DNA of 64,000 bases from Ascidiella aspersa. Its lineage: Eukaryota. The first letter of the stretch is position 1. Each line of letters opens with the position of its first letter. The translations under genes and the position numbers were made by a program. The notes beneath the pieces are model-generated. The model had not been told where the DNA came from and searched no databases. It was given only the letters and a program-made list of their open reading frames with translations. The stretch covers positions 30,318,001-30,382,000 of the forward strand of contig OZ004613.1 of the NCBI GenBank assembly GCA_963924565.1. Direction: 5' to 3'. This document shows, piece by piece, positions 1 to 14,408 of this stretch.

Positions 1-713
1 ACCGTATGAAAAAAAATTTTGCAAATATTAACATTGAAACAAATTTGACAAAACTGTCGAATACCTTTGCTAATAAACTTACCCATTTAGTCCCAATTGC
101 TTTAATTTGTTGCTCACGAAAAACTTGAAAATATCATCGACATTGTCCATGCTTTTAATATGATGGACATTCAATCAATCAATCTTTCAATCAATGGACA
201 GAAACAATTTCCCTGCGGAAAAAAATTATCTTATTTATCCTTTTGTCACGCTCCACTTGTTGCCGTTTCACGTCACTGAATAATAAGGATCTAAGTTTTT
301 TAGATACTCGATTTGATTGTCCGATAATATCGGATCGTAGCCAAGTCTATACCCGATACAATCTTATAGTATCTGACCAGTTAGCTACTAGGATGGCATC
401 CGTGCTTATATAATACCTGATTTATGTGTTTAGTTTCACTTACAGGGTTTCTTCCTTAAAAGGAAATTTGTCAGAAATAAGAGAAAAAAGTTACTCAACT
501 TGACAACCTGAAAACATTAAATTTGTACGTTTTGTTTTCATCAATTTGGTTATTTTGTCGTAGTGATAAGACTAATGAACAGGGACAAATCGAGAATATT
601 TGTGTTTGGGGGGGTTTTTCGGCCTTGTTGTCCCTGAGTTACGTCATACGTGACGTCATGACACAAATACCCGAAAAAACTTAAAAAGTAATTTTTTACC
701 AATTCTACACAAA

Positions 714-774
714 GTAGCTCAGTTGGTAGAGCAACGGTCCCGGTATGGCCGAGGTCGTGAGTTCGAATCTCACC
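714..774 (+). pseudogene. tRNA-like sequence (tRNA pseudogene or tRNA-derived SINE head), copy 1
   Basis: A-box GTAGCTCAGTTGGTAGAGC, anticodon-arm-like stem CGGTC/GGCCG around loop CCGGTAT (no U33), B-box GTTCGAATC. No paired acceptor stem. Confidence 0.65.
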
Positions 775-847
775 ACAGACCACTTTATATGAACAGGATC
801 CAGCAGGCAATGGTGCTATGGTTATTTCTCGACTTGCTCCCCTTTGA

Positions 848-917
848 GCCTATGTAGCTCAGTTGGTGGAGCGACGGTCACGGCATGACCAGTATTGTTG
901 GTTCGAACCTCACCGCA
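848..917 (+). pseudogene. tRNA-like sequence, copy 2 (140 bp after copy 1)
   Basis: GTAGCTCAGTTGGTGGAGC...GGTTCGAACCTCACC, similar to 714-774, with loop ACGGCAT and a mismatched stem. Confidence 0.6.
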
Positions 918-1000
918 TGATAGTTATAGTGTGCGCCAGCATTTACAAACTTATGTTCGAAAGTACCAAATTCTAAGCGATTTACACGAGGTGTAGTTAT

Positions 1001-1312
1001 CAGTATTGTAAACAAATCATTTTGAAATGACTTATGTTCTAGTCCAGTTATTTGTAAAATATAGAAAGATCAAGTTAGATCTCAGTCAAGTAATTTTTAT
1101 AAAAAATATAATATTAAAATTGGTAAACTTGACCAATTATGAAAAATAACTCCAATAAGAAATACCGGTAACAAAAACTTAACATATAGCAAGCTAATTA
1201 TTTTACATGTAAAAATGGTAAGTTAAGCTATAAGTGAAGTTAAGCTATTCACCAAAACGACTTAGTTATACTTAAGTCACCCGAAAACAGCGACATAGTC
1301 GTTACAACACTG
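1001..1312. mobile_element. MITE-like element with CAGTRTTGTAA terminal inverted repeats and GACTT/AAGTC-rich interior
   Basis: Starts CAGTATTGTAAAC, ends GTTACAACACTG. Related GACTT/AAGTC-rich sequence near 11560, 61015-61300 and 63130-63268. Confidence 0.5.
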
Positions 1313-2168
1313 GTAAGAACAATTATTTAATTTTAGAACTACGAAAAGTTAATATAATTTGTTTTTATTTTAACCGCTTGTTGGTGCAAAAGAGCTCAAA
1401 ACAACAAAAATTGTGGCTGGAAACCTTATTTTTCGACCAACCAACCTTAAAAACGTCTCTAACAAAGAAAAACGCTGCACAAAGCCTTGTTAGGGGTGAT
1501 TACTTTGTACGGTACATTTTGATACAAACATTCCAGTGCATCAAGCGGCACAGGTAATCTCGACAAAATGACGCAATTTGCAATCAAAATTAATCATCGG
1601 GAAAGTTCTCCCAAACAGAAGTGTGCGTCTGAACTGGTAAACAAGCACTTGATTTAAGGTTTAAGAGGTTGATGAAATATATTCAGAGTTGTATGGCGTT
1701 ATTTGCAAAGCTCGTCGTAACAATTGTAATGGGGATGCAAAGTAAACATCACCCCAATAAATTTTAATCACTTTTTGATTACTTCGGGGTTGGCAAGTAC
1801 CTAAACTGTGACGTGTGATATTGACTTTGTTGTGTCATCGGTAAAAAGCAAATTGCAGTAAATATATTCCGTTTGAACTTTGAACTGCGTACCCGGTGTA
1901 AGGTTTTATGGACACAGGCCTACTTTGTATGAATTACAGTTTGTGTGAATTATGAACTTTTTTAATTGCGCACAATTGTTTTTGTGTTGAATAAAGAAAG
2001 TACACTTATAGAACTTCTAAATTTGATGTTTAGCTACATAACAACTAGGCAGCCTTTTCTAACCCCAATCGCAATTTACGATTTAAAACATTACAACTTT
2101 TTGTTTGTCAGATTTTCGAATAAAATTGCATGGTATTTTTCGTAATTTGATATGCCAATTAGATAGAT

Positions 2169-2441
2169 CAGGGATGGTCAAACCTTTCCTAGTCGCGGTT
2201 CAAAACCAACCTCAGAAAGGTCGGGCTGTAACAATTTTTAACTGATTATCAATGTGTTCGAAAACTTCCATTGTTGATAGTTTCAATCCATGGTAGACAT
2301 TACGCCTTTAGGCTAAAGATTTTTTGCACTAATTGAAAATAGCCAAATATTACGAGGATTACTCCCCACCCATTTCGTAAAGGTGGTGACCATTCATTAG
2401 CGGGACGGATCGACTTGCGGGTCGTAGGTTTCCCACCACTG
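2169..2441. mobile_element. degenerate hAT-type MITE
   Basis: Ends CAGGGATGGTCAAACC ... GGTTTCCCACCACTG resemble the TSD-bearing copies at 15308 and 44743. No intact TSD. Confidence 0.5.
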
Positions 2442-4366
2442 TTGTACAAAATGTCCATGTTGGCACCACGTCAAATTGCCAAGTAAGTGCGCTTTAATTT
2501 GTCCAGTAAGGTAAACAAACTACTTACAATCCACGAAGCGGGTCTTTCCAATTGTAAAGCTTGAACGAAAAGGAAACTAATGATGTTAATATTCAAGCAT
2601 TCGAAATGTATATATTTACGAGTTATATGTAGCAGCGTACACGTGTTGCTCTCATACTCTACAAATTACGTCATAGCAGGTTGAAATTCTGTTAAACTCC
2701 ATGCCTACTAAACACCTAGCACACACCACAAGAAGTTACGCAATCAAACACCTTTCGTTTTGTGTTTTGTATGCGTCAATGTATTTATACATGTGTATTC
2801 GATAACATGCGCGCAATGTAAAATAACCTACAGCCTAAATATAGCAATGCCTAATGTTGGTTATGGGCCGTACACCACAATGTACAAATTGTTGTTTGAT
2901 GGTTACCTTGGAACAAATAAAGTAACATGATAAAACAAATATCGTGTTCCAAGAGCTGGAATTGGATGCAAGTAGTCTATTTTGATAATGCATATTAGGA
3001 CAATAGTTTCAAGTGCCACATAGGTTTTATGTGTTGCTTTCTGACGTTTTTTTAATAAGCTTATATCTCTATAGAAACTAAATATTTAAAACGGTATGTT
3101 TTCTTAATTGTGTCCAAACTATAAATAGATTGGCTTCTCTATACCGCTATGTACAAAAAAATATTTACATTTTAAACGAAGTTTTATCGGTTCCTTTACA
3201 ACCTGGCGGTAATTTCTGTGGGGATTCCCCCTACGGTACCCCTAAGTAAAAAGCTGAACATTTAACGACCAAGTATAACTTACCACAACAAAACGTGTGG
3301 CGCAACTTTAACAATGTTTATAGGGGATTGCACCACGCGCGAAATACTATCCTGTTTCCAATAAGAAGCAAAAAAAATATTGTGTGGTGCCTGTTTGTAC
3401 TATATTTGCACAATTCTTTTTTGTATTGTTGGGTTTGTAATTATATTTGCGCAACTTTTAAAGTATTGTAACACCGTACGTATTGTTGGGTTTATCACAT
3501 CGCTAACAGTTTTGTAAAAGCAAAGGGGAAAGTAAGGCGGAACGGTCCAGAAAGGCGTTTCGGTAAGTATGTTTGGCAGGTACGCTAGTAAACAAAACTG
3601 ACCAGGCCGTGTCCATTTTTCACCGGGCAATCTTCTTGAATGTAGTTAAACTAGGATTCCAGTTGCTTTTTGTGTCCTCATCTCTAAAAATTTACGCAAA
3701 AATTTTGGGGAATGAGTTGATCAATCAGTTCATAGCAAACTAACAATAAACTAAAATGGTTAGATGTCTCAAAATTTGCCAAACATGCATCATTAGTAAC
3801 ACAACAAAAGCCTTGGTGCAGGTGTCCAATTTATCCACATTACTGTGTTGCCAGTCTCCCCAAAACAGTCTTGAAATACGTTGATTCAAACTTTTAAATT
3901 TCGCATGAATACGGAGAACTGTTGATTATTAATGAATTCCCGAAAAGTTATTGGCCGAGGCACATCCAACCAACCCGCAGTACTTCCATATAATTCACCC
4001 TTGGCAAACAATATTTCCAATTAAATACGCGGTTATTTATTATTCTGACTTTGATGTGGTTAAATACTATTTAAGCAGTTTCATTTTTTAGTAGTTACAC
4101 CCTTAACTCAGTAACTTAACCTTGCGACCCCATTTTTCTGTGAGATGTAAAAAACAAATGACGTAATTAAACATACGTGACATTTCGCGAACCAAACAAT
4201 CTTTGAAGCTCGATTTGCTTCGTTTAAAAGTATGACGCAAGAGGTTAACCATTGACTTTTACAGTTTTGCGTTTTAAACCGGTCAGTTGTTGCCGACAAA
4301 CTCAACAGACGAACGGAATGATTATGTCGTTTTCAGAATCTTTGAAAATGTACTCAAAGCAAAAAA

Positions 4367-4616
4367 TTAGGCACACTATGCACCGGTCTGTAATGTAGCT
4401 TGATATGAATTTCAAAGCCGAAAAGGTCGATTAAATCGACATCATCTTTATAAGGACGTTTTAATACGCACTTCTATCACTCATCAGTTAATGTGAATGT
4501 AATACCGTTACGAATGCAAATATACTTAGGTACACTATGCAAGTGTCGTATCTGTAATGTATCTTGATAATAATAATGAATGTCATCTTGATAAAATGTT
4601 TCGATACGCGCTTGTG
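4367..4616 (-). mobile_element. ~160-nt tandem repeat unit with degenerate hammerhead motif (retrozyme/Penelope-like family A)
   Basis: TTAGG(C/T)ACACTATGCA recurs at 4367 and 4526. Minus strand of 4451-4493 reads CATTAA-CTGATGA...AAAACGTC. Homologous to 50097-50384 and 49090-49170. Confidence 0.65.
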
Positions 4617-6222
4617 TTTAACTGTCGATTGATACTTGATCATTTTGACTTTGACATTCAAACAGGAAATTATTATCACAAAATTAGTGTTAGTTTTTCT
4701 GTGAAAGTATCCTGTTAAATCTAAAACAAGTTAAATTTGTACAAAAAAAATAGGTTCCATGTTCTTGTTGTAGGAAAGATTTCAAGGTACGTGCTCATAT
4801 TCGTTCTGCTATCGTGGTATGCTGTCACATTACGTGGAACTTGATTATGCCTTTCATACGCATACGTGTTCTTATACAAGTAGGTTAGGATTTCACAAAT
4901 CTTTTATAAACACCCGTCCTTTGCTGTTTGAACGTTTACAGTTACACCTACCCTAGTTTTCCTCGTATTACAATTTCGTAATCTCTGAACCAGCGGCCTT
5001 CAGTTATTGAACTGAGTGTGGAAATAAGGTTATAAAAACTACTCAAACTTAATATTTGTTTCGAATACGCAAAAATTCGGGTTTAAGAAATCAAACCTAA
5101 AGTTTATAGAAACACGCTCAGTATGTTCTATCTATATCGCCGTCTCGACTGTTTGATAGTTGGGTCTATGCTTCTTTTAGATTAGGTGTATAGAGCCAAC
5201 TTATGTTCGATTGCGATCGACCGAAATCTTTTTTTAGAGACTCTCGATCGACTGGTTTAGTAAAAAGTCACAAGAACATAAATATTTTAAGCGTTAATTG
5301 CATTGCAAGCCAGCGATGAAGGTTAATTTGTTACGTCAAAGAACGCTTTATTAGGCTTGTCCACACAACAATTGGTCTTTTTAATGTTCGGCTTGTGTGC
5401 GACAGCTACTGGAATGACGTAACACTGCATATAAAAATAACACAGTAGTTCCAAATGAAAACATGCAACCTACTGTTTACGCCCTACGTATCGTAAAAAG
5501 GCATTCAAGTGTGATTATGACACTTTTTCCAGTCTTTGCCACGCATCCTTTTGTTATCTCACAGGCGCACCTACCTGAAACGCTCCAGTGCATCCTTTAT
5601 GACGCAATGTTTCGTGGACAAGGGCGATTATGCGCAATGAAGCCAAAACTTGCCAGCCATACAGGTGCATTAGACGCCATAGACAAACAGTAACACAACA
5701 AAAGGTTGACTGCAGGTGCTAATTTGTTTCAGATATTGTTTTATTGTTGTGTGTTTGGCGATAAAAGCGCTATATTGTTGTGGGTTTCGGGGTATAGCGA
5801 TATCTGTGGCGAGAAAAAAGCGTGACGCATTTCTCTTTTTTCTCCTGTCCGGCTCGTGCGTCATTAAGGAGTCAACGCAAGCAAGCCCTTCACTTGTAAA
5901 TTGTGCGCCTGGCAAACTGTTGGTTGCGCTAGAGGAAGCTAAAAGTGTACTTCAAACTGTTTATGTCAGTATCTAATGACTGGTAAAACAGTCGCATTGG
6001 TCTTTGTTTCGTAACACTGTCTTCAGTATGACGCAATAGTTTCCTATTGTTCGTCATAGATGTTGTCGTTTTAATGGTTAAGCCTTGCCTTGCTTTAAAC
6101 TAGTTTTCTCTGTTTAAAAGGGGTATTCTGCTTAGTTTATAATTACGCCGATGTCTTGTTGACTAAATCAACCTACTTTAATTATTTGTGTGTAAGTCCT
6201 GTTTGTACCACAACCTGTCAAA

Positions 6223-9200
6223 ATGCCGTCCAACGCCCTTCTCAACAAATCCGCCAAGACCGACTACATGAGTTTGGAGACTTATGGAAAAGTCCAGGCT
6301 ATGTACATTTGGATTGACGGTTCCGGAGAAAATCTGAGATGTAAAACAAAAACCCTGGACTCTGAACCCCAATCACCGGATGGTATGTAACTTAACTAGG
6401 TCATAATGACATTTGTGTACACACATCGTTTTTGTGCCTCAGCTGTAAGTTTTAAATTGCTGGCCTGTAAATGTTTGTTGTTTGATAAACTTTGTCAATA
6501 TACTGTATTGGTTGTTCAGAATTCGTTTTGTTAAAATTATTATTTTTTTTTTGTATGAACCACAGCACGATAAACTTATTGTGTATATGAATTTAATGTT
6601 GAAATTTAAAAAAATGTTATTTTATTCAGATTTGCCTTTGTGGAATTTCGATGGCTCCAGCACTGGCCAGTCGGAAGGCTCCAACAGCGATTGTTACATC
6701 CGCGCTGTTTCGATGTTCCGCGATCCATTCCGTGGAAATCCTCACAAACTTGTAATGTGTGAAGTTTTGAACTACAAGCAAGAACCTGTTGGTAAATTAA
6801 AAAGTTCATTATTTGCAATGCTTAATCGTGCGTTTTTTGTTAAACAATAAAAGAAAAATTAAAATTAAAAAAATGCTATAAAATATGCACTAAATTGGTA
6901 AGTTTTTTAGTTATAACTTCCTTGCAGTTTTAATTTTGACAACTCGTTTCGTTACTGTAAAAACGTGGTTGGATTCTAGACCAATGGCATTTTTTAGCTA
7001 TAATGTATGGTAAACTTATCATTGTTTATGTTTTTTAGCCACAAACAACCGAAGAAGATGTAAGGAAATCATGGAACAAGTGAAAGAAGACCGCCCCTGG
7101 TTCGGAATGGAGCAGGAGTACACTTTGCTCGACGTTGACGGTCACCCCTTCGGTTGGCCCAAGGGAGGTTTTCCAGGACCCCAAGGTAAGCTCAAACATA
7201 TTTGGCAGACATAAAGCAGTGTGGTCTTTTGAGTCTTTAACAGTCTATTGATTTGCAAATTGAACAATCTTTGAAAAAAACATATTTGTCCAAAAGTCCT
7301 TTAATTTATTTAAATTGGTTTATGTCCATCTAAGTTATGTGTTAAAAAAGTGTTGTTGTAAAACAATTTTTTTAACTCTTTATTATTGTGTTAAACATGC
7401 TATTTACACTGTTTTGTTTTTTAATTATATTAAAAATAAATAGAAAAAACAGTTTTAGGTGTTTGAAAACATGTAAATTTTCTTGCAAATGTCTTTGAAT
7501 ATGTTCTTTTTGTTGACCTCTACAACAAATTTTTTGCGTTTATGTCTACTTTTCAAGACAAAAATGTTGTTTTTGTATTTTGGTTCATTTGATTTAAATC
7601 TATAAATACCCTCTGTCATTCTTTATCGATAGCAGTGCTTGAAAATAAGTGGCACTGTTGTATAAAAGAATAACAATAATTTTGCAATGTCCTGAAACTT
7701 TATGTTGCCTTCTTTTTGCTTCTAGACTGAATTAATCAATCACAAAACTGACATTTATTGTATTAGGTATTTTTTTGTATTTCAATATCTCAATTGTAAT
7801 CGTTGTGTTCCGTTCCAGGCCCATATTACTGTGCCGTTGGAACCGGCAATGTTTATGGACGTGACGTGGTCGAAGCTCACTACAAAGCTTGTATGTTCGC
7901 TGGCGTCAAGATTGCCGGCACAAACGCAGAAGTCATGCCTGCTCAGGTAAAACAAATATTTTAAGTTTTATAACATAAAAAAATTGCAAATCTAATCTAT
8001 ATTTTTGCCACTTTGTTTTTTTGGTACTCATTTTTTCAAGAAGTTTGTGTTTAAACAAATAAATTTACTTTTTTAAAATAAAATTTCCTTAATTTTCTTT
8101 AGGATTTTCTTCATTGTAACAACATTTTATTTTTTGTTTTTATTTATTAAAACTGTATTTATAAAACAAATTGGTATTATAAGTTGAAGAAATGTTTTTT
8201 CTGTTACAGTGGGAATACCAGGTTGGACCTTGCGAGGGAATCGAAATGGGCGACCACCTTTGGATTTCAAGGTTCTTGCTCCATCGAGTGTGTGAAGATT
8301 TCGGCATTGTTGCATCGTTTGACCCAAAACCGATGAAGGGTGACTGGAATGGAGCTGGTTGCCATACCAACTACAGCACGGAAAGCATGAGGGTCGCAGG
8401 AGGAATTGAGTAAGTTACAAGTTTTTACCGAGTTTTAATTTTTTCTGATTTTAACTTACTTATTTTTTTATGCAGATTTAGTGTTAATTTCCACATTTGT
8501 AAACCTATAGCTTTTACATGTTAATATTCCCCCTTTTAATGATGTAAAACTCTGGTTTTTAGCCTTGTTGATATAAATCACGAAAAATATGTAGCGTTTT
8601 GTTTTCGATTTTTATTTCCAAGTTAGTTTTGCTATTTCTTTGCTTTAGTTACAAAAGTAGGCTAAACGTAGAGAAACAGTTAGAAAAGTCCCTTAAAACA
8701 CCTTGAAAAAAATAAACACAATGGGGAAAAAACATGTTTTCAAGCCTATTTTTTTGTCATTCAGGGCGATTCACAAAGCGGTTGAGAAGTTGAGCAAACG
8801 TCACTTCTGGCACATCAAGGCTTATGACCCCCAGGGAGGAAAGGACAACCTCAGAAGACTTACCGGACTTCATGAAACCGCTTCCATCTACGATTTCTCG
8901 TCCGGAATCGCCAACAGAAAGGCCTCCATCAGGATACCAAGACACGTAAGTGTGAAAGTTTTGTAGAGTCAAGTTTTACAGGTTTTGCACAGTGCTGTGA
9001 ATTTTCGGCTGTAAATAAAGGTGGCTTAGCAGGTATGTTTTACAAAACTCAAAAAGTGAAAAAGATATGAAAAAATATCTAAATCCCCACAGAATTAAGT
9101 GTACAGTGTTACCTACCTCTGTTCTGCTTCTGTTTTGGTACCTTGCCTAACAATACTTTTTGTCACACCAAACAGCCATTACGCTGCGAAATCCAACACA

Positions 9201-11059
9201 AAATCCAATTTATAATAGCTTTTTTATTTCTTCAAAAGCAAAACTTCTAAACTTGTATCATATTATTAAGAAGTTTGTCGATCAAATGCTACAGAAAACA
9301 CAAAACACAAGTATGTAGAGGACAACATTTTTTTTGTTGTGTTTCGTAAACTCCGATTTTAGATAAAGCAAAACAAGAAACCAATCTATAAAAGATACAT
9401 CAAAATAAACTGCAGTGTGAAATCCAGCCCCAAAAAGCAAAATACTCGACAAAAGGAGCTAAATAAACATTTGGTGATGGAGCGTGAGATTAATGTCCGA
9501 CATCCTGGTTCATATCCTTCTCTATAAGTGCTCTCACCATTGTCGTAAACAACTCAACCCACCTGTATTCTACCTGCTACAATGTGTATTGTAGGCATTT
9601 AAAGGCATATGTAAAATATTGTTTAGTTAATTAACAATAATTTATTTCAAATAATTATATAGATTGTTATTTAACAAGATTTTTAGAATGTAGCTTCTGA
9701 ATCTTTTAAGCAAAACAAGAAATAAAAATAGCCCTGCGTTGAGAATGTAAAGCAAGGTCTTAAAAAAGAAACTTACTTATAAAATTGTCCAATTGTTGTT
9801 CTCTAAAACAGTTACATGAGATTTAGCAAGCCCGCCCCATTGACAAATGTTTGCACAGGCATTGACGTACATTTCGTGCTCCTGCGATACATTCTTATGA
9901 TAATAATTTAAGGGCGCCGTATAACATTTCTACCTCTAAATTGTTGCCTTAAATTGAATTATAAATTTAAATATATTATAACTTTAATGCCTTTTGCTAT
10001 TAATAAATGATATACACTGTCCTAAAACTAAATTCAAGCTTTGTTACCTAGTTTTTGGTGGTTAGGTTTTATAATTATCTAACCAAAGCACAAGAGTACT
10101 TTGCTGTCTGAGTTGATGACAGTTGGATGTTAATCACCCCACACATTACGCACACAATTAACAAAATGACAGACATGTCAGCGTCATTATAAAATCATTA
10201 ATTCTCCAGCAGCTTAAGTACTTTGTTTATTGGCATTGTACAACTATAAAGGGTAAAAAAAGTTTTAAAAATCTTAACGTTTTAACAGCTAATTAAACTA
10301 AATTTTATATTTATTTATTCTTTCATTAAAACTGGGGTTGTTGACCCCTGGGGGGGGGGGGGGGGGGGGGGGGGTACTGGAACCAGTTTTAGGGGGTCCA
10401 TGAAGGCCTAATTGAACTAGAAGTGTATATTCAAGCAATCTATTTTTCAAAGAAAAGAGTAGACTATAGTTTAAAATAAAACGTGTTTGCACTGAATATT
10501 CTTAGACTTTATTTCATTTCACTTTTTTTGGACCGGAAACAGCAAATTTCTGAAGTCTGTTTGTATTATGACGTCATCACTAAAAATTTCTTGCCTTCGC
10601 TGGTCCGTGCGAAGCAAAAAAGTTTTTTAAGGGTCAGCGGTAACAAAAGTTTAAGAACCCCTGCATTAAAAGCTTTTAGAAATAAGCACAACTTTTATTA
10701 CTTTTATTAGGAAGTTTAGACAAATGGTAACATAAAATGTAAATATTCCATAACATTTTAATGATTTTTACGCTAACAACAAAAAAAGGGCTGTGTAAAA
10801 ATTTGGGGTTTTGTTCAAAATACTGGAAGTAAACATTTCTATAAGCTATTATAATGTAAAGCTATTAAACAATTTTTTACAATTGTACAAAAACTTTATT
10901 TCAATTTTTTGTTATTTGAATTTGTAGGTTGGTGAACAGAAGTGTGGTTACTTGGAGGACAGAAGACCTTCATCGAACTGCGATCCTTACGTTGTATCAG
11001 AGGCCCTAGTCCGTACCACGGTTCTTAACGAGGAAGGGGACGTTGAATTCGAGTTTTAA
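6223..11059 (+). CDS. GLUL: glutamine synthetase (type II), 7 coding exons, 369 aa
   Basis: Exons 6223-6382, 6630-6791, 7039-7185, 7819-7946, 8210-8409, 8765-8945, 10928-11059; all GT-AG and in frame (1110 nt). Motifs [95 protein letters not shown] at 11480. Confidence 0.97.
10350..10374 (+). repeat. G25 homopolymer inside a MITE-like remnant in GLUL intron 6
   Basis: 25 consecutive G; a MITE-like end AAGTTTAAGAACCCCTG follows at ~10648-10664. Confidence 0.85.
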
Positions 11060-13649
11060 ACTGGAGGTGCTGAATTCCTGGCCACACCCAAAGCAGCATT
11101 ACAAACCCACACTTGACATTTTGTAGCTCGTATCTGTGCTTTTAAACTACTGTTTTACTTACTCTTAGTCTGTGTTAAGTTTTCGCCTAGATGCTGCTTT
11201 CTGTTTTTTTGGAAGTATGTTCCGCACATTTCAGCGCGCATCTTAACCATTGGGGACAGCATTAGTTTTAACTTAAGTTGCCAGTTTTAACTGCTTTTAG
11301 TTTGTATGCTGAACCGGCTCATATTTAGCAAACGTAACAACGAATAACTCGCATTTTACCGTCGCTGGATTCACTGAAACCCGACATCCGACGATTGTTT
11401 TTACCTTACGCCACAACAAAGCCTTTCGATTGATTGTTTGGTCGAAATGGGCGACTTTCAATGTGTGCTACCAAATAGAAATAAAATCTTGGTTTCTGTG
11501 AAACATACACCTGAATGAGTTTTGATAAATTACTTGTTATTAGAGCGACATAGGAAGCAGTGTTGGTGTAAAAAGTCCCAGTAAAGTCATTTAGTCCAAG
11601 TCATTACCATAACAACTCCATTCTACTTGGTCGTTGTCATTAAAAATAAATGTTGAACTAATAAAACTAGTAAGTTCATTGCGTTCTAAGCAGTATTCTA
11701 GCATACCAAAAGTGAAACCACAAACTAGTAAAGTTTTACGACTTAAAATAAGTGCATATTATGTAATGCTTTCAATTAAACACTTTTAAATCAGTGTCAG
11801 TGAAGTCTTTAAAACAGTGACTTATGTTATTACATTACAAACCATGTAAAAGTTTTACTTTTATTAATACGGTTGAGTTATAAAATTTGATTTAAACTTA
11901 CATAAAGGGCCTTCAAAGGTTTTTAAATGTAAAAAAAATGTTTTAATTTGCTCACTACAGTAATGTAAAAACAAAGAAATTAAAAAAAAATTTACGGTAA
12001 ATTAATTGCTCTTAACAATAATTATTTTGGTGAAGGCAATCGAAATAATACACATGTCGGGCTTCAGTTCAACTACCATTGCGTTAAAATTTAGGATTTA
12101 TAGCAGACTTGCAGCAAAGCTGAAATGTAAACAAAGCGAAAGTGTTAGAACCGAAATTGGCTCGAATCCGACCCAGTTTTTATCCTGCACGCGCTCATCA
12201 CGCGGCGGGAGCGTGCACGCATACGTGGATGGAAAAAAACACTAACATACACGTGGTTGCTTGAAAGAACAGATACAACCCGATAAATGGCCATTTACAG
12301 GCCCTAGGCTTTCCTGTTCAACTCCTTAAATGATTAAATGGCACCTTCCATGTTTAAACTGCTGAGTGCTTAGTCTGCTGTTGGATTTCGTGGGCCCTAG
12401 GCTATTCCAACTATAGCGGATATCAAGCATTGCTTTTACCTAGTATCCGTGATCAACCGTGACATAATTATGTTCGAAACAGTTGTTTTGGTGAAAATAC
12501 TGAACTTACGGCTTATTACATTGACTCTTTGGGCATCGTTTCGCTTTTGCTGAATTACCACTGACTCAGCCACAATTTTTTATAATGATCTAATACAAGC
12601 TAGGTTGTAAAATAGTTTTATAGCCTGGTATTTGTCCCATTTTTTAAGTAAAGTTTCCTCTGACTTTTTTGCATAACTTTTTTTCTTTATGAAAAATTAC
12701 ACTTTAGACTATTTATGTAGTCAAGAAAAATAAGTTAAATTTAGTATTTTCTTGATGCAAGGCGTATACCTAAACAAAGAGCTTAAATTCGAAGTTCTTA
12801 TGCAATATTTTAATTCGCAAGTCTTTTGCATTAAGTGCACCCAGGCTTTTAGCTTGATAAATTCCCAATGCTGCTGTTTCTTAAATATGCGACCGACGCT
12901 AACCTTGTTTTGTTTTAGTAATCAAAAATTTGTGCAAATTATAATTACTTCTCAATGAAACAGGGTGGATGTTGAACCCTAAATGGTGATTTGCCCTGTA
13001 AACTTACGTAATACATGTTGTCATAAACTGCGTCAGCTTATTTACAGCTTGTGTGGCTTAACAATTGCTAACGAGACTTTTACAGTCGCTTGTAAAAAGC
13101 AATTTCCTATTTTGGCGTCCGAAGTCGACTTTATAAACTATTTAAACAAGGGCTGTCCTATGCTGTAAAACATGTAATTGCTGTGTTAGTCAATTGTTTT
13201 ATCGGTCGTTGTTTTTTAGTCCATTAGTTTTATGGCTACGTCAACAGCACTTTAAAAATATTTTAAAGCAGGCGCGACGTTTAGTGTTATTTCAAGGAAA
13301 GTCACGTAGAGTTGACTTTTACAAAAACTTTGCCCCTAGGGTTGAATCCCCAGCGACCCTGTAAGTTCATGCAAGCATGACAAAGTTGAACAATTGTTAC
13401 GCAACAGTTGAACCTCTTGAACTGTACCAAGTAGATCAAAAGGTGCTTTTTAATATTTGCCCGCAAGCAGTTTAACTGCGTGCATTCGCACTTTTTATTA
13501 AGCATACTAGACAATTGTTATCAAAGATTATGTGCTTGGATTGCAGTTATTATCCGCCTTGTTTGTGCTATTTTATTCAGGGAGTAAAACAAAACCGGTT
13601 TAGGTCAACTCTAAGTCGTCAACTGGTGATAATGGCATATATGGATTTC

Positions 13650-13945
13650 TGATACTTGACATTTTATTATAACCGATATTATGCAATCGCAATACCAAAT
13701 GACGTCATTACTTCACTTGAACAAGCAAAATAGATTAAATTAAAACGTTCAAGATAACTCTGTTCCGGTTATTGCTGACCAACTATTTTTTGGTAAATTT
13801 ACCTTTTGAGGTGACATTTGGCAATCACTTCATTTCATCGAAGTTCACTAAAATTCCTTTATAAATTTGGTATCGTATCGGCACCGATACTACCCTAGTA
13901 TCGGACGATAACCGATTCTACCACTTGGCATATCAGACATCCCTA
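13650..13945 (-). mobile_element. dispersed repeat (TAGGGATGTC... family)
   Basis: Reverse complement matches 32271-32535 (TAGGGATGTC...ATGCCAAGTGGTA...GATACTAGGGT...GGTGCCGA...ATACCAAATTTA). Confidence 0.7.
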
Positions 13946-14048
13946 ATGGCACCTTTTGCAGCTTGTTTATACTTTGCATGTTTGTTGTGTCCATGGGGAA
14001 GCGTACGATGCTTTTGTAATTGCTTGTGTGCTACTTATAAGTTGTATA

Positions 14049-14408
14049 ATTATATGGCATTGTCAATAAATTGGTTTCTTATAAGCCCGCTTTAACATTT
14101 AGTTTTTAAGTTGGCCCGCCATTGAAAACTTTTGGACGATACATATCTTAACCGTTGTTTACGTGTGGTTGAATCATAACTGAGCCGAATATGTTAAGGC
14201 TAAGGCCACGGAAGTATTATCCCTACTCATAACTTGTAAATTATATGGCATTGTCAAAAATCTTGTTTCTTTTCAGACCAATGTAGCCCTCGCTTACTTA
14301 TAGTTTTTAATTTAGCCCGTCGTTGTAAACCGTTGAATACGACACAGATCTAAATAGTCCTTCACAAGTGGTCGAATCAGAACCAAGCCGAATATGTCAA
14401 GGTCACGA
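14049..14408. repeat. diverged ~190-bp tandem duplication
   Basis: AATTATATGGCATTGTCAA...AGCCGAATATGT occurs at ~14049 and ~14239. Confidence 0.75.

Noticed and set aside
4773-4786. Possible short 5'UTR micro-exon of GLUL (TTGTAG|GAAAGATTTCAAG|GTACGT)
   Set aside because: Such splice-like words arise by chance; no supporting evidence without transcripts.
10350-10374. Functional G-quadruplex or poly-Pro ORF (10298-10492)
   Set aside because: Homopolymer inside a transposon remnant whose length may be a sequencing artefact; the ORF is incidental.
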